From assembly GCF_004010195.1 (NCBI RefSeq), contig NC_057752.1:4468590-4532589 (forward strand): 64,000 bases of DNA. Direction: 5' to 3'. Origin of the DNA: Chiloscyllium plagiosum (lineage: Eukaryota). The notes beneath the pieces are model-generated. The model worked only from the letters and a program-made list of their open reading frames with translations, did no database searches and had not been told where the DNA came from. Position numbers and translations under genes: made by a program. Shown here one piece after another: positions 1-10,800 of this stretch (positions within the stretch are counted from its first letter, which is position 1; each line of letters starts with the position of its first letter).

Positions 1-1451
1 TGAAATTTCAATTTAACAGAAATATGGTATTAGAAGCTAGACTAATGGCAAACCCATTGTTGATTGTTATAAATACCCATCTCCTTCACCAATATCCTTC
101 AGGGAAGGAGACCAGCCTATGACGACTCCAGATACACAATAAAGAGTGCCTTCTGAAATGGCCCAGTCATTCAGTTCCAGGGTAACAAATGCCAGCTGAC
201 ACCCACATCCCATTCAAGGTCAAGGGTGCCTGAAGGAAAAGGACTATTAACTGTCACCTAAAATTGAGTCCAGAGTGGAAGTCAATCGCCCAGACATTAA
301 AAGGATTTGTGCATCAGGAATTAATAAGTTTGCTATAAGTTTTCTCAAACTGTGAAGGAAAACGTACAGCAGCGTCACACACTTGCATCACTCATGTCAC
401 CTTCAGTTGATCCAGACTCAGCAGCATATTGTTTCAAATCCTCTTGATTACAAAAGACTTTTTCACAGTTGTAAGAAACCAACTGTAATCTTGACATTTT
501 GTTCGAATGTTTCAGGGTTTTAGAAAGCATTTACACACAAAAGGCAGCAAAGTGGAGTTGATCAGATCAACCATAATCTCACCAAATGGCATAGCAGACT
601 CAACGGACTGAATGACCTGCTTCTGTTCCTATATTGCTAGTATTTTCCTGATGGGTTTCTCAGAAGGAGCAGAAAAGACGTCCTCCCAGACCAAGCCATC
701 ACACATGTTGAAATTTAGCCAACACATACTTCAAGTTTGCAAACTCTGTACTGTTCTGACATTTTGAATGTTGAAATGTACATCACATTTTTCCTGCTAC
801 AGAGAATAGTACTCCCTTAGCAGGGCACTGGAACTTTATTCTCTACTTCCAACACATCTTTAGTTCTTAACTCTTCATTACCCTTTCACTAATGCCATGA
901 TACTCCACTCACCTAGCATCATTAAAGAAATGTTGCCAATTGTCCGTCTGAAATATCACTAACATATTTATGCAGATGCTTCAATCTAAGTTCTGTTGAG
1001 CACTGCCGTGACATAACTTTTTAAACAAGATGACACATGGTGAAAAACATTAAAAGCTTCGCAGAATTATACGGCAGCGATTTATTTTTCTGCTAATAAT
1101 TCTCAACATCCAGCAGATTTTAAGTGACAGCAGAATCAAAAGGCTGAATTAATAACATTGCCAATTTGTTACCTTAGCTATACTTCATAATATTCTTTTA
1201 TTTGGAAAAGGCTTTAAAATCCAAGAACATCATACACAAAGTTTGTGACTTGAAAGGACATCTATAAGCAGTAAATTAAAATTTTGATAACAATTAACTT
1301 CTGAAGTACAGTAAAGCCAAACTTCATCCAAGGGGGAGGGAAAGGTTATCCAGAACCAGAAGAGTATGCTATTTTTAGATTGGTTAGATTTTTGTTTTGT
1401 AAAATGTCTATATCCTTCAGCTATAGATCTTTTCCCCCATTGCCTTCTCAC

Positions 1452-1478
1452 CTTCTTTGCAAACAGTATTTGCTGGTG
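1452..1478 (-). other. Candidate in-frame 27-nt alternative microexon in EIF4B intron 6
   Basis: ctctaac...gacttgtgcttttttattttgtcag|CACCAGCAAATACTGTTTGCAAAGAAG|gtgaga. Phase 1-1 with no stop. Confidence 0.5.
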
Positions 1479-1922
1479 CTGACAAAATAAAAAAGCACAA
1501 GTCAAGGTGAGTGATGTTAGAGGCTGCAAATGTATGAAAAGCTCCCAAGCCACAGTCAGGTAATGCTCCCTCACCTACACCCAGGTCCAAATCAGAATGT
1601 TTCTTTTGCACAAGTTTAATTTTCCACACTAGCCTTCAGTATACCTTTGGTGTGAAGCTGCATTGTGCATACGGGCTGACGCTTACCTGCAATTTCACTC
1701 ACGACTCCACACAACAGGAGAGGGGGCGGGGTGATGGTGTCGAGATAGAGCGAGCTCGAGAGAGAAAGCAGAGCGAGCTCGAGAGAGAAAGCGAGTGAAA
1801 GAGGAGAAAAGGAAAGACGAGAGAGATCTAGCTCTTCTGATGCCCAACACTACAGGAGAAAGGACAGCACGCTAAACCATCGCCTTAACCTGTAAAGCCA
1901 TTAAATAATCTTATGAACTCAC

Positions 1923-2057
1923 TGTCCCCAAACGAATCTTCCATCCTTCTTAATGGATAATCATCGTTGCTATTACTTGATGGCCTAGCTCTCCAATCAG
2001 ACTCCATCTCCGCATCACGAATTCTGTCTCGATCTCCTCCCCTGCCTGATTCTCTTT
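1923..2057 (-). CDS. EIF4B: eIF4B exon 6 (ERESGRGGDRDRIRDAEMESDWRARPSSNSNDDYPLRRMEDSFGD)
   Basis: aactcag|AA...GAC A|gtgagt, 135 nt, with DWRARP and DDYP.RR..DSFGD motifs. No exon 7 was recognised in 1-1922, so the gene continues off the left edge. Confidence 0.96.
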
Positions 2058-2471
2058 CTGAGTTCAAGCGGAAATAGAAACCACGGTGTTAAAATCAAAC
2101 ATCAAAAATTTCTCAGAACTGTATTTGTATTTACAATCTACATTCAGTGGTCCAGTGAGCCATGAAGTACACACATTTCTAGATCAGTCCTTTGTTAACT
2201 GGCCAAGATCAAGGGGAAAGTATAATATTACATAGCTAAGTTAGTTATCGATAAGAGTATTTGATACAAGAATGTTCAAAACTTGAACAGTTTGGTTATA
2301 TCCAAATAACTATTTCAAAAGACTATTTAACTTGAAATTTACACACTGATCTGCTTTGAAGAAATATTGGTGAAAATAGAAGTTATAATCTCAATACTAG
2401 CTCCAACAATTTCTCTCATTGAATAGGAAACATTTCAGAGGGTCAATTACCTATTAAATCAGAAACTATAC

Positions 2472-2526
2472 CTTTTTCCTGGGCTTGATCAGCGATATCC
2501 ACCCTTATTCTTCGATTTTGCAACAT
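2472..2526 (-). CDS. EIF4B: eIF4B exon 5 (MLQNRRIRVDIADQAQEK)
   Basis: gttcttag|ATG...AAA G|gtatag, 55 nt. NRRIRVD.ADQAQ ends the RRM. Confidence 0.97.
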
Positions 2527-3354
2527 CTAAGAACAAAAACATCATAGATAGAAAAGTTTCAACGTGGGTGCTAAAAACATTTCGGACTACTGTAAAGATT
2601 ATTAACTGAAATTCCCCACAAACATGAATACTGCCAATAATTTTGCAAAACCCAAGAGTTATTTTGTTGAACCACAATCAACCACGTCTTAAGTTTGAGT
2701 CATACAAAGTCTAAACATGAGGTAACAAGACTCTAAAAAAGTTAACCAAATGCTAAGACACAACGAGGTGCTGTCTCTTTTTTTCCCCATCTTACACAAG
2801 AGAAAATCTTCTTCAACCCCATGGCATCTAGAGAAAGTAATGAGTTTCACTTAGACATTTGGACTCAATGTACCAAATCTTTAAGACCCAGCAGATCGTG
2901 AGAATTAGTTTGAATTAATTCTGGTTAGAGCAACACAAGGAACTAGGAGCAAACAAGTAGTGAAGCTGGATGGGTAGGGAAGGGAATGGAAAGAAAAGAA
3001 AAGGTGATAACAAAATAACAGGAGGAACCGATTTATGAAAACCCTGCAATTCCGCACTTGCTCCCAGGCCTTGAAGCACATTAAAAGAGGAAGTATTGAG
3101 GACTGTAATCAAGAGCAACACAATACTATCAAGCAGCAACTAGGCATAAAACCACTCAAGATAGAACAGGAGACTGGAAATTTTGGGGAATGGTGCATTC
3201 TTTCAACATGCTAGATCAAGGAACACAAAGAGAAAAGCTTGTGAAAATGGAAGAAAACCTGCAGAATCCGGTTCATGTGAGAATGAGTTATGGAAGAGCT
3301 TGAGGATTTATGCTGAAGACATTGATAAACGCCATCTCAGGATTACACTGATTT

Positions 3355-3680
3355 TTTAAAAATTGATTTATTGGATGTAAGCATTGCTGACTGGTTCAGC
3401 ATTTATTGCCCATCTTTAATTGTCCAGGGGCAATTAAAAGTCAACCTCTGGGTCTAGAGTCACATGGAGGAGAAAGTGAGGCTGCAGATACTGGAGATCA
3501 CAGTTGAGCATGGGGTGCTGGAAAAGCGCAGCAGCTAAGGCAGTATCCAAGGAGCAGGGGAATCAACGTTTCGGGCAAGAGCCCTTCATCAGAAGGACTA
3601 GAGTCACATGTAGGCCAGACCAGGTAAGGTAGCAGATTTATTTCCGAAATAAAAAAGGGTATTAAGGAACCAGATGGCAT
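3355..3680 (-). mobile_element. SINE interrupted by a PLE mini-element; same family at 1-215 and 56500-56940
   Basis: Shared GGAAATCTGCC.TCCTTACCTGGTCTGGCCTACATGTGACTC-like body and GATGGGCAATAAATGCTG tail between copies. Confidence 0.65.
3467..3597 (-). mobile_element. PLE mini-element family A (single arm) with hammerhead core
   Basis: GGAGAAAGTGAGG-type end. Minus-strand CTGATGAAGGGCTCTTGCCCGAAACGTT. Flanking repeat ctagagtcacatg at 3454-3466 and 3598-3610. Confidence 0.8.
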
Positions 3681-4284
3681 GGTACATATGCAGCTTTGTC
3701 TCATTGTCTGCTGATTCTTCACCCTCAGCTATTTTTCTTGGCAACTTTTAAACAGTGGTAGTTTGACACTCCCTTCCACTTTCAGGTGAGGAAGCAAGTC
3801 CCAGGGCCACATCAACCTGAAAGGGGATTTAAACCCATGCTATTAGGGATATTCTGAACCACATCCAACTAGCTGTCCAACTAACTGAGCTAACTTGCTC
3901 CCACATCATTGGTTACATACACCAGTCAGTCAAAAAAAAAATGACTGAAACTGGCAGTCGAAACAAAGCTGAAGGTTTACAAATGACACCAAGATACAAA
4001 AACAGAAGAACTTTTATTGGCATGATCTATAAATCTATGACAAGCTGGAAAAAGACATTTGATACTGAACTTGGGCACAATGAGAGCACTGTGTGTTTCG
4101 GAATAGTCTCAACTCAAAAAACAGAAACAGAAAACATGGAAGGTAATTTCTGGAAAATTACAGTCAGAACTTGTTGATATCATTGTCCAGGTTTAGTAAA
4201 AACTATTGACCTTTAAAATACTACGAAGTGATATTTTAGCCTAGAGAATTACATATATAAATAGGCTGAATACATTTACTATAC

Positions 4285-4401
4285 CTCTTCATTGAGACTC
4301 AAAGCATTCATGAGTGATTCCACATCGTCAAACTCGGCATAACCAAATCCCTTCAATCTGTCCTGATTGGTGGACTCTCTCGGCAAACGCACTGCACTGA
4401 T
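4285..4401 (-). CDS. EIF4B: eIF4B exon 4 (ISAVRLPRESTNQDRLKGFGYAEFDDVESLMNALSLNEE; RRM RNP1)
   Basis: cccaaag|ATC...GAG|gtatag, 117 nt, with the RNP1 motif KGFGYAEF. Confidence 0.98.
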
Positions 4402-4573
4402 CTTTGGGAAGCCAAAAATAAAAAGCAAAAAGTGATATGTCTCACGCATGACAAGTTACAGTTTACCCTGGACAAAATTTCTTTCAACAAATACCAAGTT
4501 TATTTCTTCCTCCCTTTTCCCTTGCTGCAATGGATTTGACAGGGTAAATGGAATACTCTGCTCATTTACTTAC

Positions 4574-4779
4574 ATTCATTCCATGGAAGAACTTTCTGAT
4601 GGAGTCCTCAGACACATCATAAGGCAAATTGCCCAGAAAAGCGGTGTAGGGAGGCTGCTTTGGAATACGGTTCATATCAACATCTGGTGCTCGAGCAGCA
4701 CGAGGTGCTGTTGGTAGCAATGCCCGGTTAATAGCAGGCTTATAAATATCCTCTTCAATTCCAGGCCAGGCAGTGGAAA
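4574..4779 (-). CDS. EIF4B: eIF4B exon 3 (VSTAWPG...LPTAPRAAR...PPYTAFLGNLPYDVSEDSIRKFFHGMN; RRM RNP2)
   Basis: ttttgatag|TT...AAT|gtaagt, 206 nt. LPTAPRAAR and PPYTAFLGNLPYDV are diagnostic of eIF4B. Confidence 0.98.
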
Positions 4780-6339
4780 CTATCAAAATAAAATACAATG
4801 AAAACATTGATTAAACACATAGAAGGTTATTTTAAAAAATAAAAATGATGCCCTTTGAAGTGGCGTGAACACTGTAGATCTTATTTCTTTGATGTAAAGT
4901 GCATGCATGTGGTTATTAAACAAGAAAGGACCATAATATGCCATTAAAATTCACTGTGGTGAATAACCAGGTAGGCTCATTAAAGACAAAATGGATTTTT
5001 AACTACATTGAATTTTTAACTTGCAACCTTTACGGCCAGCAGCAGCAGCAGAGGAGTTTAAAGCCTAATCACAAAAGGTTGGCTTTCAAAAGCAAAGCCA
5101 CAGCTCAGAGTGCAGACAGGCTGATCGTGGTAACCTTCACAAGGTGCCAATTTTTAAACACCTGATTTTGTTTTGTGAAAAGTGGGTGTTAAATGGCTGT
5201 ATAATTCACATTGCATGCCTAGTACCAGAAGCTCTTATTAAAGATTAACTAACGGTTAATATTGACAAAGGAGTGCTCACTTCTTGTTTCAATATAGCTT
5301 TAAAGCACCATGAATGATAAAAAATTGACTTTACATGAATGACGAGTGATCCAGGCAATTTGCCAGTCATTCAGCCAAACTCTGTTCAGAGTAAAAGCAC
5401 CTAATTCTTTGACCTGGTATGTTAAGCCCTTGGACACAGTTCAATTTTGGATTTTAAACATGTGCCCTCTTTAGGGTTACTTTTTCTTTACTGGTTGTTT
5501 TTCCCTTCTCCACCCTCCTTGCTTAAAGCCTGATACATCTCTGAATCTTCTTAGCTTTGACAGAAGTTTATTGATTTGAAAATGTTATCTATTTCTCTCT
5601 CCACAGGTGCTCTCAGACCAGATGAATATGTACTTTCTGTTAATTTCAAAAAAGTTCCATGTTGTGCCAAGTAGCAGAGAAGCCAGGCCAGTTTGATGCC
5701 ACGTTTCACAGTATAAGTGAGTTTATATTAAAGTGTCAACAAAGCGACCAGGTAGCATCTATACTACCGGGTGCAACAAGAACAACAGTGGTGAGATTTA
5801 GCATTTCATATTGCATACTGTTCATTTATGTATTTTGTTTCAACAAACCAGCTGTTGATTCAGAATCTGAATATTGGCCAATAGAGCAATCAGCACAACT
5901 TTCAAGAATGGGGGAAGTCATGTGGCACAGAACTTTACAGTTTCCCATGTAAAAATCACAGGTCTCACATTAGTAACACTGCAGAAAAAATAGTTGGATA
6001 GAGATGAAGATCTGCTTACCAGAGTAGTTAGGAGATACTAAAGCAGAGAAATCATTTACTATTAAATATCACACTTACACTACATTATACAAACAAGTTG
6101 CCAAAAAAATGGGAACAGTATCCAAACATCAGCAATTTCAGCAGAGGGGAGGAAAAAAAAACAAGCAGCATCCTAGGCCCAACCATCTTCAGTTCCTTCA
6201 AGGACCTTCCTTCCATAAGGTCAAAAGTAAGGATATTCACTAATGATTGCAGCACACAGTTCTACTTGCAACCTCTCAGATACTGATGCAGTTTATATAC
6301 TTGTATGCAGTAGTATCTGAACAACACAGGTTGGGCTCA

Positions 6340-6985
6340 TAAAAATGGTAAATGTGCCAGGAAATGACCATCTCCAACAAGACAGAGTCTAACCATCTTC
6401 CTTTGATGTTCAAAGACATTACCACTGCTGAATATCCCACCATCAATATCCTGGGAATTTATCACTTACTAGAAACCAAAAACTGGATCAGCCATGCAAA
6501 CAGACTACATTAGCAAGCCTGAGGCTAGGAACTGTGCAGAGTAACTCCCCTCCTACTGCCCCAAAGCCTGTCTACTCTTTACATGGCAGGAGTGTGATGG
6601 AATAGTCCTCACTTGCTCAGATTAGCGCAGCCCCAACAATTAAACTCATCACCTTCCAGGTGAAAGCGAACTTTTTGATTCACACCTTATCCAACACAAC
6701 ACTGGCATAACATGCATCATTTACAAGATGCACAGGGTCTTCTCAACAGCACTTCCTAAACCTGTGACTTAACATGTAGGAGGACAGCAGAGACTTCATT
6801 ATTTCCAAGTTCCCTTTCAAGTCTGACACCACCCTGACTTGAAACTATCTTGCTCATTCTTCACTGTCAGTGGGTCTAAACTCCACACCAACAACATTGT
6901 GCACGTACCTACACAGACGGTTATAAATGAGCAATAAATGCTCATCTTGCTAGTGATGCTCATATCCCATGAAAGAATAAAACTG
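6340..6985 (+). mobile_element. Old non-LTR (CR1/L2-group) LINE 3' fragment; related copies at about 31950-32230, 42225-42580 and 52150-52640
   Basis: The copies share CAAGTTCCCCTCCAAG...CCATCCTGACTTGGAAATA-like sequence and GGGCAATAAATGC tails. Confidence 0.65.
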
Positions 6986-7065
6986 TTGTTACATGCATTT
7001 TTCCACTCAACTGCTGAATGTCACATATTATAATAGTTAGAAATTAAATTTGGTGATCCTCTTAC

Positions 7066-7203
7066 CTTCGCTGTCCAAGTCATCGGTCTCATCTGCCCAG
7101 CTGACAGGCTTTGAGGGAATGAAGAATTGGGTCGACCCTCCACCATCCTCTGCCAGAAAGTCAGTCAGGGTAAGAGTCTTTCCCTTTTTCTGCTTCTTCT
7201 TCC
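7066..7203 (-). CDS. EIF4B: eIF4B exon 2 (GKKKQKKGKTLTLTDFLAEDGGGSTQFFIPSKPVSWADETDDLDSE)
   Basis: tgtacag|GG...GAAG|gtaag, 138 nt. Contains the eIF4B hallmarks KKGKT.LTDFLAED and SWADETDD. Confidence 0.97.
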
Positions 7204-7844
7204 CTGTACATTAGGAGTTGCAATGGTTAATGTTTTAAAGAACTCAGTTGCAACATTAATGCACTATAAAGACTGCTTATTTGTCAAAACAGAGACTAAT
7301 TTGATATTCTGATGGAACCTTCTCTCCCCATGTTGCACTGTTCCACTCCCCATACTGCTGATTAGCTGTATGCAAAAGACTATTCTTTAGTTCTAGGGCA
7401 AGGACAAAAATATAAACTCAATCCCAAAGGGCTGCTGCCTAGATTATTTACTAAACAGATACTTGCTTGAAAACTGTTTTCCTCTGGCAATTAGGTTACC
7501 TTATCAACCAGACAAGTATTGAGAGGACTGCAGTACCTCAAATTGAAATGAGAGAGAGAAAAAGGCACAAATAGGGTTACCTTCACAAACAGAACAGTAA
7601 ATTTAAAAAGCCTCTTGACAAACCGTACTTAATTATGAAGCATGGTTAGAGAGACAAAGACAGACCTGTAGGATTACAGAATTGCAAGAAGGTTTAGAGT
7701 CAAGTATGAAAATGTCTATCACACTTGAACTACAGATGAAAGCCCTGCAGGGATAATAAACTAGTCATTTTTTAAACCTACAGGAATTTCCACAGCATAT
7801 TCCAGAAATCAATTAATTTTTGAATGACCACAGTTTGTTACAGC

Positions 7845-7847
<3 letters not shown>

Positions 7848-7887
<40 letters not shown>
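7848..7887 (+). repeat. (GA)20 microsatellite in EIF4B intron 1
   Basis: Directly visible. Confidence 0.98.
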
Positions 7888-7890
<3 letters not shown>

Positions 7891-10800
7891 ATGATGCATA
7901 TTGTATCTGATGCTTAATGTCCCTCTCCATACAAAACAGTATTTTCTATAACTTAGTGTGAATTACATGAGACCCATGTAAAAACAATGCGTGCTTTACT
8001 CAGTGTTTTCAATGGCGTGCACTGCATACTCCTGATCCTAATTTTATACTTCCCAAAAATATATTTCATATCATTACTACCTCTTGCCAGGAGCTGATAA
8101 AAATTAGGAAAATCTTGTAAGTAACAATTTTGTCAAGGAAGAGAAGTTCACAGCCATAGAAAAATCCAGAAAAATGCACAAGTAAACAGAGATAAGAATT
8201 ATTATGCCCTCTTTCCACTCATTGGACTGAAGAAATCAAGAATCACTCTTCCACCCACTACATCTTTGTTAGAAAAAACTTATTTGTTTCTGCATTAACC
8301 ACAGGTTTAAAACAGGCTTCTTAAGTTCAAAGGCAAAAGATCCCAGTCAGAGAGATGAAGTGTAACCTGGGGATGGTATAAAAAGTGAACCCACAGCGGC
8401 CCTAGTTTCCCTCCTTGTTCATTTTCTACAAACAGATGCATGTTGTACAAGTACATTATTTTTCCCTCCTTCAATTCCAAACTTACCAGTAGACTAGTAG
8501 TAACTTGCTCAAGTGACATGTTGTAGTGACAAACGTGGCAGCACCAGGTTGACTCTGGGGCAGTTTTGGCTTCTTGACTAGAGGCTGTCACACGGAACAC
8601 TCTTCCAAAACTACATTCCATAGCAGGAAGAGAGAAATTTCAAGGCAATGTTTCTGAAAACCCCTTTTAAAAAGTAATTTAATTATTCCCCAAGGTAAGC
8701 AAATTTCAGCCTATGCCTCCTGTGCAGTCTGTACACAATGGCCAACGTCCACCATAATTTAGAATGGATCAAATAAGGAGATAGAATTGAGCAATCAAGA
8801 CTTTTGTTTAAAAATGGAAGGTAGGATCAGAAGAACAAACAACTATGCCCAAATTAGTTCTACCACAAAATCAGCCCAAGGTGCATATGTAGTGTTTATA
8901 GCTAGGGTGGATAGACAACACACCAAAAACTATTCTGACTAAAGACATCTTTGTCCTAAAATGCAATTCTGATAAAAATTAAATACTTTTAAAGAATAAC
9001 GAGTTTAAAAATGACAAACCAATGCTACAACTTTTTAAAATTGAACTGATAGTGCAATTCATTTCCCTCCTCTCATGCTGTAGAACATTGCTTGCACTGA
9101 TTAGATGCAAATTATTAAAAGAACTTCACAGTCAAAAGCTTAACGTTTGAGGCTCCAGGTGTATTTCTTTCTCAAGCTTTGATTTAAAAAAAGATTTCTC
9201 TGGTCAGTAACAGTAAAACACCAGTGCATATTTGCTTTACAGTGGTCACAAGCAACACCACTGAATTGCTGTTTAAGCAGCATGTTTTCCAAAACAAAAG
9301 CCAAAAAAGTGTTGCTACATGAGTGCAACTGCTAATCTTTTGAAATGTGTTTCACCAGAAGCTCAAGGTATTTCCTTCACAATATAGGCTTTGCATAAAG
9401 TATTGTCAAAATCTGAAGAACACTGCCCCAAAGAATTCATTTTCTAAAAGCAATTGGACATACTTGAAGAAAATGAAAATGCAGTGCGCTGGGAAAAATC
9501 TGGCAGGTGGAGCTAAATCAGACAGCTTGTTCAAAGAGCTGGAACAGACCTGAGCTAAAAGGCTGCCTTCAGTACTGCAAGATTCTAAAATTCTACTGCA
9601 GCCTGATAGGCCTTAAATCAGCCCTGCTAATGTTGGATTATTTGATTCAATATCCAGTTATACTTCTGTTGAATACCCTGGAATGTTGTGCCTTTCACAC
9701 AAGACAATCTAAATATGTTAAAGGCTCACAAAGGTTATAGTACGGCAATATGGCTGTCAGTGCATTTTTAATTAAAGCACTCAAAAGATACATGTCCAAA
9801 CTGCTCAGCTGAAGCAAATGAGACCGTGTGCGCTTGTGGAATCTCAACAAAACAAAGCAGATTTGGAAGCCTGTGAGAAACGTGTCAAGACACTGAGTTC
9901 TTCAAATGGTTTGAAACTAGCCACAAAATCTCTTTATTGCATTAGTAATTTATTTTCCTCTAACTTGTGCAACATAGCTTCAAGTTCCAATCATCAATAA
10001 CTTGGGATTTTATTTAAAAGATCAAAATTTCTCCATAATGGTTAAACTAAGAAACAGCACTGGATCGTGATCTTTTGCTGTTGAATGAGGCATCATGAAG
10101 TGTGAAAGCAATCAGTACAGTGAGGATCTGACATGACGGTCCTGGGCCTACTGGATTATGAACACCAAGCAGCTAAAGGTGCAGTTGTTCTGCCCAAAAT
10201 GTTCTTTAACTTTAGAAAACATGCTTGGCAGCAAGTATAATGTGTTGACTGACTGGGGTGTTTGAATTTTGGGAAAAACCAAAAAGATCACACAGTCGTG
10301 CTCGACTGGGGAGAGAAAACTCATTCAGCTTTCCATCAGCAAGGAAATACAGAGAGCTTGGATGAAATCTTAGTGTTCATTAACTGTCATGCGTTATGTT
10401 CGATGCCTATTCTGAAGCACTGTTTTCCTGAGTTGGGAGGACCATGATTCCACCTTCATTTAAGTTACTTACTTGGTGAATTAAACTCATTCTATTTTAA
10501 AAGCTGCATTGTATGCAGAACTCACAAACTGCAGCCTTTGGTCGATGAATATCATTTCATGTTATTTGAAATGCTCAGTACAAAATTAATACTATCTTAC
10601 TTGCCTGCGATGTCTGAGAGTACACACAATATTTTTACAATTACTTTAATGGCACAGATGTTCATATTCATACATATTGATCTATATAACACGTGAACTT
10701 TAATTATGTTCTGAATGTTACCTTGCTTTATTGCAGGATTTGTTTTTGCTGGGGTCACATTGGAAAATAGCTTGGGAACCACTAAGCTCCACTGTGATAC

